The position numbers were made by a program, and so were the translations under genes. Below are positions 1 through 16,332 of a stretch of DNA of 64,000 nt, in pieces. Below the pieces are notes generated by a model that worked only from the letters and a program-made list of their open reading frames with translations, made no database searches and had not been told where the DNA came from. Position 1 is the stretch's first letter. Each line of letters starts with the position of its first letter. The DNA comes from the human T2T-CHM13v2.0 reference genome, Homo sapiens: NCBI RefSeq assembly GCF_009914755.1, contig NC_060939.1; one strand, 5' to 3'.

Positions 1-343
1 TTTGGCTCAGAGTTCTGAAAACTGTGTAAGAAGCATAGTGTTGTTGGCAGCATCTTGTGTGGGCCTTAGGAAGCTTCCAATCATGGTGGAAGGCAAAGGG
101 GAAGCAGGCTTGTCACATGACAAGAGAAACAGCAAGAGAGAGTAGGGGAGGTGCCAGGCTGTTTTTAACAATCAGATCTTTTGGTAACCTAATAGAGTGA
201 TAACTAAGTCATTACCACAAGGACAACACCAAGCCATTCATAAGGGATCCACCCCATGGGTCATTTCACCGGACCCCAACTCCAACACTGGGGATCACAT
301 TTCAACATTATATTTGGAAGGGATAAATATCCAAACTATATCA
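1..343 (-). mobile_element. MaLR solo LTR (MSTB/MSTA-like), cut by window start
   Basis: Reverse complement starts TGATATAGTTTGGATATTTATCCCTTCCAAATATAATGTTGAAATGTGATCCCCAGTGTTGG, the MST 5' end. Confidence 0.85.
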
Positions 344-1060
344 CCTAATGACTAAAGGTATTAAACAGCTTTTCTTGTGAATTTATCTATTTTTTGTCAG
401 TTTTTTTGGTGTCATATTCTAGAAAGCATTATTTAATCCAAGACCAGAGAAATTTATACCAATGTTATCCTATTTGGGTTTGTAGTTTTAGTGCTTACAT
501 TTATGTCTATGATCCATTTTGAGTCACTTAGGTATATTGGCATCCAACTTGCATGTAGCTATCCATTTGTGCCAGCAACATTTGTTGAAAAAAATATTTT
601 TGCAAATTGAATTGTTTTGGTAACATTGTAAAATCTTGACTACAAGTGTAAGGGTTAATTTTGGGGCTCTCAATTCCATTGCATTGATCTGTATGTCTGT
701 CTTTGTACTAAGCAATAGCACACTGTCTTGATTACTATCACTTTGTAGTAAGCCAAGGCTGGTCTCAATCTCCTGGTTTCAAGTGATCCTCCCACCTTGG
801 CCTCCCAAAGTGCTGGCATATATTTCTTCTTCTAGATTGCTTTTCACTTTTTCGGATCTCTTGCATTTCCATACAAATTTTAGAATCAGCTTGTAAATTA
901 TTGCAAACAATAAGGCAGCTGGGATTTTGACCAATTTTTGAAGAGATAACTTGCATTGAACCCGTAAAGCTGCATTGAACTATTTGTGTAAGTATTGTCA
1001 TCTTAACAATATCAAGCCTTCTGATCAATGGAGATGGGATTTTTCCACTTATCTTTTAAA
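344..1060 (-). mobile_element. Old L1M ORF2 fragments (with small Alu/FLAM piece at ~755-818)
   Basis: ORF 765..1028 contains L1 ORF2-like RLDIVKMTIL; paralogous to 19250-20310 and 35800-37320. Confidence 0.75.
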
Positions 1061-1071
1061 AAAATTATTTA

Positions 1072-1225
1072 GAGAGAGATGGGGGTTTCACTCTGTCACC
1101 TAGGATGGAGTGCAGTGGTGTGATCATAGCTCACTGGAGCCTCGAACATCTGAGCTCAAGCGATCCTCCTGCCTTTGCCTCCCAAAGTGCTGGGATTACA
1201 GATGTGAGCCACCGTGCCCAGCCTT
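1072..1225 (-). mobile_element. Alu monomer (FLAM/AluJ-like)
   Basis: cctcccaaagtgctgggattacagatgtgagccaccgtgcccagcc. Confidence 0.85.
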
Positions 1226-1289
1226 ACTTGTTTTTATTTATTTTATTTTTTTCGTATTTGTATATTGGAAAAAAATGTTCATGCTTAGG

Positions 1290-2070
1290 AAAATCCCTTT
1301 AAGTCGCAGAAGTTCCCTTACCCCCTCTCAGGGCATGCGATGTGGGAGTGGCTAGCTTCTTCAGTGCCCTGCTGCTCAAACCCCTAGAGGGAGCATACAG
1401 ACGGGCCAGTTGTGGGGCTCCTACCCCACAGCAGTGTCTAGGGGTGAATGTTTACAGCTCCTGAGGCCCCAGTGGGCATGTTTTACAGGGTGCTCTTTTA
1501 GTTTAGCTGTCGCAGGTGTCTTGGGTTAGTCAGCTCAATTAGACCTTCTGCCTTATTGCGAGGACAAAAGGCTTTCTGTATCCCGGCTGGGAGAATTGGA
1601 GGACACGTGGGCTTGGAGAATGAGCGCAAGATCTTATTGAGCAGACGTAGCTCTCAACAGATGGGGGAGCCAGAAGGGTGATGGAGTGGGAAGGTGGTTT
1701 TCCCCTGAAGTCGGGCCACTTAGCAGCTGGGGCTCTTCTCCAACTACCCCGGCCAAACTGTGTCGTTCTGCTGGTCGATGGCCTGCTGGCCTGCTGGCAT
1801 CTGTCAGTGTGCTCTTCTGCTGGCATGCTCCCCTCAACGTCCTCTTGACGTCCAGCCACTTGTGTCTCTGCCCGCAAGGGTCTCGGGATTTTTATAGCCA
1901 CAGGATGGGGACATGGCAGGCCAGGGTGGTCTTGGGAAATGCAACATTTGGGCAGGAAAACAGAAATGCCTGTCCTCACCTAGGTCCATGGGCACAGGCC
2001 CAGGAGTGGAGCCCTAGCCTGGGACCACACCTTTTCCTTCCCAGCGCTTCCTTGCCCCACTTCTATATCA
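1290..2070 (-). mobile_element. ERV1 LTR, LTR27/LTR28-like
   Basis: Reverse strand starts TGATATAGAAGTGGGGCAAGGAAGCGCTGGG ... CCTAGGTGAGGACAGGCATTTCTG ... CTATAAAAA; left boundary approximate. Confidence 0.7.
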
Positions 2071-2329
2071 ACAGGATTTAATTTGCTTGTATTTCCTTGA
2101 GAATTTTTGCCTCTGTATTCATAAAGCATGTTAGTCTGTAATTTTCCTTTCATGTAATACCTTTTTCTGGTTGTAGTCTAAGGGCAAACTAGCCTTACAA
2201 ATGAGTTGAGGAGTGATCTGTTCCATTCTGTATTTTGGTTTTATTTGTAAGGGTTTTTTGAAGATTTAATATTAAATATTTAAACTTTTGGAATAATTCA
2301 TCAGTAAAGTCATCTTGACCTGGACAAGA

Positions 2330-2524
2330 TTTGGATCCTAACAGCAATTGTGTGAGCTGAGAGGAGGATCCGTATGACTTGAGCCTTCAGTTGAGACCTT
2401 AGCCTTGGCCATCAACTACATCTGGGTTCCTGACCTGGAGAAACTGTGAGATGATACATGGGTGCGAGGTTTTATGTACTAAGTTATGTGCTAATTTGTT
2501 ATGCTGCAATAAATAGGTAATACA
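2330..2524 (+). mobile_element. MLT1 (MLT1E/F-like) LTR 3' fragment
   Basis: gaaactgtgagatgata...aatttgttatgctgcaataaataggtaataca; paralogs at 21190-21363 and 38130-38314. Confidence 0.7.
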
Positions 2525-2775
2525 CCTGACAGTAAATTTAATATGGTATCACATATTGGATCCTGGAACAGAGAAATAGCATTAGTAGAGAACGTGGCAA
2601 AATCTGAGGAAATTCCATGGTTGAGTTACTAGTTTTGTATCATTGCCAATTTCTCAGTTTCCATAAATATACTATGGTTATATACAATGTTAACGTTACA
2701 GGAAGCTGAAGCATATATAAAACTCTCTATACTATTGTTGCAACAGGCTCCAAACCTAAAATTATTTCAAAATAA
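2525..2775 (+). mobile_element. L1MC-type 3' end
   Basis: attggatcctggaacag...aaattatttcaaaataaa; paralogs at ~21365-21940 and ~38315-38565. Confidence 0.65.
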
Positions 2776-3427
2776 ATAAGTATTATTTTGGTACAGAAAA
2801 ACGAAGATAGTTAAAAACCCCATTGCACTAAGGAGATTAATAGGCATGCAGATAGAAAATGGGAAAAATAGTTCTTCTTACCTATTCACAAGAAGAAAAA
2901 AAGTTTTCTTCAAGAAAACCTCCTCAACTCATCAGTTTTTTTTCCTTACCATCACACTCCCCAATACCCAGTCACCAGTTTGTGTGTCAGTAACCACTTC
3001 TTCAAAGAGTGGTGGCCATGCATCACCTATCCCAGAAAACCCCATTTTCAGACAACATCTGTAAGTGAATCTGCAGGATACCACTAAAGCCTCTTTGGAA
3101 CACATGACTTCTGGACATTAAAAGCTAATACTGAGAAATTTCAATTATGGAGAACATAAATTTTATTTCTGAATTCAGGAGAGTATTTCCCTGGTACAGG
3201 GTTTCCTTCTTCCAAGTTTCCAAAAGACAACCATACTTTCAGCCCTATAATAAAACCCTGTAATAATTCAATTCTGTTTATTGTAAGACTTTTCTGGAAT
3301 TTTCTGGGTTCAGGTATTTCACTGACACTCTTATCATGGAATTAAATTATGCATTGTCAAGCTTCAAAGCCACATAATAGATATCATCATGGTAGCAGGT
3401 AGGCTAGCTTTAAAAAAGAAAGCTTGT

Positions 3428-3760
<333 letters not shown>

Positions 3761-5496
3761 TTACACAGACCTGGAAATGAATCTTTATACACCAGGTTCT
3801 TGGCTAATGAAGGCAAATTAGTGATTCATAATTTGTTGTTCACAGATAGAAAAATCTTAGCAAGGAAAACAAAAAATAGAAGAACAACACACATACAGTG
3901 TATCCCCAACACACCATGCAGTGATCTAAGAGATGGACACAGGCTGAATGGTGACTCTGCATATATACTGGCTAAACAAAGATTCCCACAGCAGGGAGGA
4001 CTGTCCCCTCATCCCCCACACAGCTCCCTGTTCACAGGCCACAGCACTCTGCTGTGTATCACCAGGGCTGTGTGCAGGAGCCATGCCCACAAAGCCTGCC
4101 ACGACATGGGAACGCACTACCATGGACATTTACCAAGTCAAGACTCCTATATTTACTGTCTGTAATAATGAGGTATATTCTCCATACACATTCATAGCTT
4201 CAGGGATAAAGCTAGCTCCTGAGGCTTGGGGACTTGGAGTGAGAGATACAGCTAACCCAGACCACATGCATTGCTTCTGAGATTGGGATAGCAAATATTT
4301 AGGGGCTATGATTTGGGGCGTTTATAAATTAAGACACCTTGTCACCCCTCTGAGCTGATACTCCACTCCTTGAGAAAAGACAGACTTATTTAAATTCCTA
4401 ATCTTAAAACATGGAGAGTTATTCAGTTCATTTTATTTTAACTGGAGCCTCCATAATAGCTAAGTGACTTGTCAAATCTCATTTTCCTTTTAATGTATAC
4501 ATTAAAATATATGATGATGTAGATTATGAATATTATCCCTGACCAAACTTTTCAGAAAAAAAAAGGTGGAGGAGCAAAGTTACAGGAGATGAACAGCCAC
4601 AAGTAGATGTGAACAAGAAGGGACCCACCTCAACCTGGCCAATGAGCGGTCATCAAGCACCAAGTACTAAAGGTTAAGATGTGGCAGGTAATAGACACAA
4701 AACTGTACCAATATGATATCTCAGGCACAGAGGACACAGTCCTGAGCACCAGATGCCCAAACATGACTCTCTGATAGTGCAGAAGATTTGATTCCCCATA
4801 ACCCACTAAAGGAGAGTCGATTTCACAGAGCTGGCCTGGACACTAGAATTCTCAGAAAGATGCTATTGAAAACATCCCAAAGTCAGACCACGTCGTGAGG
4901 TAAGAACCCTACACCCTGTCTCCACAGCAGCCTGAATAGAAGATAGAGTCCAGTGAAGATCAGGACTTGCTGTTATCTTAATTCAGCCTTCCTGAAGCCT
5001 CCAACTCTAGGTGTAAATGCATTCAACATCCTAAGTCATTAAATCATTAATTATATGAATTTATGATTTACTCCATATATTAATCAGGGAACATGAAAGC
5101 CCATTAGATAATCAATTACCCAAAAATAGGGTTGTTCATAGTAGCAATGGGGAAGAGAAAACATTTTATGGAAAACATAATACATCTACTTCTGTGCTGA
5201 TTGATCATAAAGCCATTGTATGCTGACCGTGTGATTAGAAGGACTACTGTGAATGTGAATCTATATCTAAAATATAGATATACTAATGTATATCTATTAG
5301 ATTGAATAATTAGACTTGGAGTGCCACTTATAGGGAGTATTGCTCATATTTTTTAAGATTAGAACAGGATTTCTCAAGACACAACGTTTTCTAAATCTTT
5401 AGATTACCACTCTTATGCAAACTTTCATCGAACCCTTTGGCATTATATTCCTTCTCCGGAAACTTTTGGAACCTTATGTTATAAAATTACCTGTCT

Positions 5497-7023
<1,527 letters not shown>

Positions 7024-7204
7024 TGTCAAATAGGAATTCTGGTACTCCACTAGTAACTTTAATATCTCTAATTCTAATAGCTAGGTAGAAGGTAAGTGGA
7101 ACTGGTCAACTTATATGAAATTCATATTGAAGCATGTTTCCTTGAAAACGAATCAGAATATGGCAGATGAGCCACTATGATTTCACACTGTGAAATGTAA
7201 GAGG

Positions 7205-7810
7205 GAAAAATAGTGTGTTCTATTAATGCTAGAGTGCATGTTTTCACATCTTTCAAATATAAATGCATCTTAAAATGCATAGTGTCAAATAGGATTAGCC
7301 AGGAGGCAGTCATAATGTGTTTGTCCTCATGTGAACATGCATGAACTTTATCTAAAACCTTTCATTGACATCTTATGATGCTATCATCAGCTTCAAAACC
7401 TGCAGAGTGGCTGTCAGGAGGTTGGAAAGATAATCTCCTGGAGAGTGACTTAGGAATCTCACAAGAAATGTGGCATAGCCAAAGCTGCTGATTGACACAG
7501 ATGATGATAATATGGGGAAGGTCATGGAGAGGATGAGCTGCAAAGTTACGTAGAAGAGTTTTACCCAAATGAGAGAAATTTAGAAATATCTTTGTGGATA
7601 TATTGTACTTAACTTTTTTTTTCCATCCCACATAATCATGGAAGTAATCTGAAACAAATATCCATATTTTTACAAATTATAAAAAGTTTTCTCAATATTT
7701 ATAACATATTATAAATGATAAGTATTATCCGAGTCATAGTTTGTCAGTGATTTTATTCTTTGTGATCAGTAAAATAATGATGTATTTTACAATTGATGTG
7801 ATTGATACAT
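7205..7810 (+). mobile_element. Tigger/pogo-type DNA transposon remnant (Tigger13-like)
   Basis: aagaaatgtggcatagcc...gacacagatgatgat resembles the degenerate KKCGI...TEDD end of pogo-type transposases; paralogs at ~27020-27150 and ~42650-43110. Confidence 0.6.
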
Positions 7811-8759
7811 CATACAATTTTTAGAAAATGCTTTTAGTATTAACAAATGATCATTCAGTGGTTTGTATACACCTGGTATTATTCTACATGCTTGATGTAT
7901 TATTAATTCATTCAATCTTCACAGCATCTCAGGAGGGAGACAGTAACACCACTCCCGTGATCCAATTCTGAATCTAAGCCCAAGTCCTACAAGAAATAAA
8001 CAGAAAAACCTGAGCTTGACTCAGCCTGTTTCCAGAATGCTTGCTCACATCAAATATGTTAGAGTATCTTTTATCTTATATAGTAAATACTTTATAGGTT
8101 TAGTTTAAGAATTGTTACTCTTCACCACAGTCATGAAGCTATCTTTTTAAGTTCTAAATAATGTATTAAATTGTTTTTATATTTAGGTCTGTGATCCATT
8201 TGGAATAGGTTATGTGTGTAATGTGAGACGGTAGATTTTATTTCCAATGACGCATATTCACATCCCTACATTTATTGAAAATTTATTTCCCCACTAATTT
8301 ATCTTATATATTATTTGCCTATATATGCATGTGTTCGTTTTTAAGCTCTCTTTAATTTTTTTCCATTGATATTCTCCATCTTTGTGCAAATACTGAGTTA
8401 GTCCCTTCATTTAATGCAAGAATTTTCCTCCAGTGCCCTTTCTGTTGTCCACTGTACTGTTCTATAATGAAGTAAAAGAAGGGTGAAAATTTGCACACCT
8501 TACACCTACACCAGGATTCCCAGCTGTATCTTGAAGGAAGCGGAGGTTAGAACTTTCAAGATTAATGTCGACACTAATGTCTCTAATGTCCTTGTGAATC
8601 TTAGGCAATTCTCCCGAGATACTTTCTGCTTTATTGTGTGTGCGTGTGTTTAACGTTCTCAGTGAATTCCATTTGCTGTCAGGACTCCTGATTTTCTTTC
8701 CCTGCTTTTAGGATACTCAGTGACTTTCTACTCCCCTAGCAACAGCCAGCAGTGGTAGG

Positions 8760-8950
8760 AACCTGCACAGACAACCCCAGTACCTTGTGCGCGGGCGCAG
8801 ACACGCCAAGGGTGGTGGGTTGCTTCCTCCAGACCACGCCCACCGATGCCGGCAGCAGCTGGTGCAGCGGAGCTCAGATCCTCTCTGTGGGGTCTGCACC
8901 GGCAAGGGCAGCTGCTCCCTGCCTTTCCTCAGGAGTCAGTGGAGGTAATA
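8760..8950. promoter_or_regulatory. Small CpG-rich promoter/enhancer-like element with NRF1-like motif
   Basis: About 9 CpG in ~120 bp within AT-rich DNA; TGCGCGGGCGCA at 8788-8799; donor-like GAG|GTAATA at 8944/8945. Confidence 0.45.
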
Positions 8951-11900
8951 ACTTGTTTTCATATAAAGAACAAGTTTGTTCAACAGTGATTTTGCCTGTT
9001 GACCAAAGACAGGACTCGTTACCCCTTAGGGCCTTGCTTGGTAATATGTGCTTTTGCTTTTTTTAGGTGGGGGTGGGTGGGCAGAGAGGCGCTCACGAAT
9101 GTTTTTAAAACTTTTGTATAAATTTTCATTTTATTCGTAACATAAACATCATCTACAAGCAAATCCACATTCTGTTTTCTATATTAAGGCCTTTCATACT
9201 TGTGATTTAAAATGCATGCATTCATTTTTTTTCATTAGGTTTCAAATAATCGTTTCAATTATTTCCATGTTTTCAGGTATCACTCTTCACTATATTAAAA
9301 GATAATATCGCTTTTATTATTTTAAAGACATATATTATACATTCTCTGAGGATTTTCCAGAAATTTCCTCTGTAATACCTCTGGTTGGAAAGGTGAGGGA
9401 CAGAGACTTTACTGGGAGTCACAGGAAAAGTCTGCTCAGTCTCCTGCTTAAAAAGAGCTCTGAATGTTTTTATTGCACAGATGAATTTTCTCTGATTGTC
9501 AGATGTTCACAAAGGCTTTAACTTGTATGAATGAACTCCGAGACCACCTTTCTGAATGCACAGACCTGCCACGTTGTTGCTGTGTAAGCATGAATTTCAT
9601 CATATTGTCAGCTTTTCATCTTACCCAAAAGCTATAAACATTGGCTAAAGTCCTCAATTGCTTGCTCCTCATTTTTGTAAATGTGTGCATGGCATTTCCT
9701 TGAACAGATGGCTCATAAAACAGATATAAATTCTCTTTGATGAGTAAATACGAAAATTGTTTTCAGTTAAATAAAAAATGCCACTCAGAAAATTGGCAAA
9801 TGCGTCTCCAGGCAGCAAATATTTTTAGATTACGGTCTTGTAGAAATATAATTACAATAAGTACTTATTTTGTTTTATCACATAGCATGTTTCAAAGAGG
9901 TTTTCATGCATGTTTCTTTTTCGGATTACCATTTTTATTGACAATAAGTTGCCCATCTTTCTATTTCTGATCTGATCTTTTGATGTCTGTTGTTTTTGTC
10001 TGAAGCTCTGACTCTCTTCTAATGTACTTTGCATATGAAGAGAAAGCTGGTTATCCTGACTAGTAAAGAAGGGATTATTGAACCTGAAACTGTGAAGAGA
10101 CACAAAAGCAACAAGAGGACAGAAACAATTCAGGGCTTCAATAAGCAGAGTACAATCTATTTAGTGACTGCAATGTGGAAATCTCTAATGTCAGCAAGAC
10201 TGTGTTGAGAGGAACACATTTTCTTGTGAGTGAGCATTCCTAGAGGATGAGTATCTTAGAGACTCAACGGCATATGTCTGCTATGCAAGTAATGAGTCCT
10301 CCATCTAATGGTGTACAAACTATTCTGGAAGGATCTGTTCAGGATTTATGAGGTGTTAGCAACCTACAGAGCAAGAACACTGATACTTTTTGGTTACTCC
10401 AAATTATTATTTATAAAATATTATTATAACTTGGTGTTTGTTTTGCCAGGTAAGACTTCAGTCAGGGGCTCTGAGGTCGGTACTGTATCCAGGGAATTTA
10501 AAGTCCAGATCTTAGTTTAAAAAAAATGGCCTGTCATCTTCACTCTATTATTGAATTAGAGCCTGACATCATTAATTTTAATTTTACTGAATATAAATAG
10601 CAACCCTATATTCTATGCATACTGTTTTGACTGTGGCATTTATTTAGAGAAGAATGGAGACAAGATGATTCCAACTTAAAGGAAACTGGAAGTATTCTGA
10701 GGAAACAAATAGAGAAGGTAAGCCTTACTGGTTTCTCCTTTTGATGGCAACCATCAAAAGGATGGTTATAAGTCTCTTATAAATAGAAAGCTCTATTTGA
10801 GTTATTCCATTATGGTAATCTTATCAGCAAACATAAGACATCATAGGAAAGGCAGGTTAGGGTCCAGGTGGGGAGGTTTTACCTGCTTATAGGCATCATT
10901 TCCTTCAGCTCTGATGGGGCATCCCCTTCATCGCTTGGGCTTATTGCAAGATGGCTGGGTCATTTCTTTTTGAAGTTAGGAATAAGATGAAAGCATTGAA
11001 GGCCAAGTTTATTTAAATGAATTTTACTTGTTTCTCACTTTTTCTTCTGTACTGCTCCTTTAGTTCTGTGACCCATGTTTTGGTGAAGTAATGATGACAC
11101 AGGGATACCCTGCCTCATGAACGCTGGTGTGACTTCTCTCTTCTGTTCTTACCACTGGACATGATGGCTTGATGAAGTCAGGCCACCTCGCTCTTCTATG
11201 CTCTCAGTTCCATCTTCTCAACTCGGAAAGCCTGCCAAGGTCCTTACAACATCACAGCTGGGAAACTCTCAAAGCAGTAAACTTGGGCAATAGTAGGCTT
11301 CACTCACATCATTGTTGTGTATTTCCAGGTATCATTGTTCTCCATCATTTGGTGTACAGTACTTTAAAAAAGTTTCATATTCTTTGTCCATTTTTTTATT
11401 TATGTGTGATAAGGCATGTCCAGTTCCTATTAGTTTTTCCATAACATCTTGATTCATTCCTCCTGCAAATTCTCGATGATCACTCCATCCCTGGCTATAT
11501 GCTTCTTGTTCACAGTGTAAAGGAGAATAAAGACCAATGTAAGCTAAACTCACAGAGAGATAGATAATTTTATTGGCATTTGTAATGCTAAAGAGAAGGT
11601 CAGAATTGGCCTATGTACAGTATCTGTAGAAGTTTCCATAGGGGACATCCACTAGAAGTCAGTGAATCAAACATTTAAAATGGATAATATCTCTAAAAAA
11701 ATATACTGTCTCTGTCAATTATAATATTTGACTCATAATAGCCTTATTTTATACTCATTGAAAAAGCCCTTCAGAATTGGTAAGATGTAGCTTTTATTTA
11801 CATAAAAATGAAAACATGTTGAAATTAATTTGTCAATGAATTTCTAAGGATACAATGATATTCTAATTTTTCTGAATCAGATCTTGATCCAGAGTCATGT

Positions 11901-12082
11901 ATATCTTAACATCACTCTGTGGAATGAAGAGTGATACGAGTGAAACATTTCCTAATACAAGAGGCACCACTGTCTGTGTAATTTCCAACTTCCCTGTTGA
12001 CACCCAGTATTGATCTCAACTTTAAATTAACTGTGGTCTGAGAATAGATGTTTCATGATTTCTATTTTCTTAAATTTATTCA

Positions 12083-12374
<292 letters not shown>

Positions 12375-12517
12375 TTAAAGTATCTTTTATGACCAAGAAT
12401 GTGGTCTGTCTTGGTGAATGTTCCATGTGGTCTTGAGAAGAATGTGTAATCTGCATTTGTTGGACAAAGTAGTTTGTAGATATCAATTATCCCCAGTTGA
12501 CTGATGGTGTTGTTTAG

Positions 12518-13284
<767 letters not shown>

Positions 13285-13855
13285 AAGAAAGAAATATTAA
13301 TAGAAGGTCCTGAGTTTGAGTCAATCTGTCTCCAGAGTCCTTGCTCACAAGGATGTTAGAATATGTTTTTTCTCTTATATGGAAGATGTATCCTAAGTCT
13401 AGTTTTAGAAATAATACACTGCCCCATATTGTGAAATTATTGTCTTAAATTATGTTCTAAGTATTATATTAAATTAATTTTATATTTAAATCTGTGATAC
13501 ACCTGGAATTGATATTTAGAGTAATAGTAAAGTGAGCTCAAAAGACAGATTTTTATTCAGCACCAATGTATATTCAATTTCTTAGAACATTTATAGAAAA
13601 ATTCATCTTTTCCCCATTGATCTTTCTTATTATTTACTTGCATATGCATTGATTTGTTTTGAGCTCTCTTTTCTTTCTTCATTCGTTCATTTCTCTATCT
13701 TTGTGCAAATACCACACTTAGTAAGAGACTTCATTGAACCCAAGAAGTTTTATTCCAGTGCCTTTTCTCTTAATCACTTGGCTATTCTGTAATGATTCAT
13801 GAGAAAAGTTAAAAATCTGCATGCCTTCTACCTATACCAGTATGCCCAGCTTAAC

Positions 13856-14155
13856 TTTTTGTTTTTGTTTTGAGACACGGTCTCACTTTGTTGCGCAGGC
13901 TGGAGTGCACTGGCACGATCATGGCTCAATGCAGCCTTGACCTTGTAGGCTCCAGTGATCATCCCACCTCAGCCTAGTAAGTAGCTTGGACTATAGGTGT
14001 GTGCCACCACACCTGGCTAATTTTTTAAAACATTTTGTACAGATGAGGTCTCACTGTGTTGCCCATGCTGATGTTGAGCTCCTGGGCTCAAGTGCTTCTC
14101 CTATCTTGGCTTCCCAAAGTGCTGAGATTACAGGTATGAGCCACCATGCCCAGCC
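13856..14155 (-). mobile_element. AluJ
   Basis: Diverged dimer, TSD cccagcttaacttt/cccaacttaacttt. Confidence 0.9.
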
Positions 14156-14404
14156 CCCAACTTAACTTTGAATAAACAGGTGTGTTTAGAAAATTAGAAC
14201 ATTGGTGTTGCACTGCTGTCTCTATTATTTTGTGAGTCTTGAGTCAATACTCCCATTATCACTTATGGCAACATTTTTAGTACATTCTCAGTATTTTTTG
14301 GTATGTCCTCTCTTTTTCCTTTCTTGCTTTCTGGAGACTTAGGGACTTTATTTTTTACTGTACACAGCTTATGGAGGTGGGAACCTTAACAAACAGCCCT
14401 GAGT

Positions 14405-15662
<1,258 letters not shown>

Positions 15663-15664
15663 CT

Positions 15665-15973
15665 GTTGGACTGGTTATTGGATCAAGGGCCCCGGTTCCT
15701 TGCTGGCCATTGGCCAGAGGCTGCATTTGTTTTCTTTCCATGTGAGCTTCTCTCACAGAGCAGAGTACTCCATCAAAACCACCAAGGGAGAGAGAGCTTG
15801 CAGGGAAGACAGAAATCACAATTTGTGTCATAATCACTAAAGTCTTCAACTTTCCAGTATTCTATCGTTTACATGCCAGTCACACTTTTTGTCCACACTC
15901 AGAAACAAAGAACTAGTACCCAAGGTTGTATAAGCCAAGATATTTGGGCACCATCATTGGGTCTACCTGCCAC
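15665..15973 (-). mobile_element. MLT1 (MLT1D/E-like) fragment shared by all units
   Basis: gttccttgctggccattggccagaggctgca...ctacctgccac; paralogs at ~32395, 47447, 56490, 62413. Confidence 0.65.
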
Positions 15974-16032
15974 GTCAGGTCCTGTTTATTCTGCAAAAGT
16001 TTCTCAGTCTCCACTTAAGAATGTCAGGTATT

Positions 16033-16332
<300 letters not shown>

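Noticed and set aside
4510-4545. ATGATGA...CTGA snoRNA-like pair
   Set aside because: Too short, and the boxes are not conserved in units 2 and 3
7205-7810. Domesticated transposase gene
   Set aside because: Short degenerate remnant with stops and frameshifts
8752-9066. 104-aa ORF over module P
   Set aside because: No recognisable domain, non-ATG start, and frame not conserved in the other three copies
11091-11190. ATGATGA conserved in both copies of module R (also at 44540), as a possible C/D snoRNA
   Set aside because: No CTGA D box or terminal stem at a suitable distance in either copy
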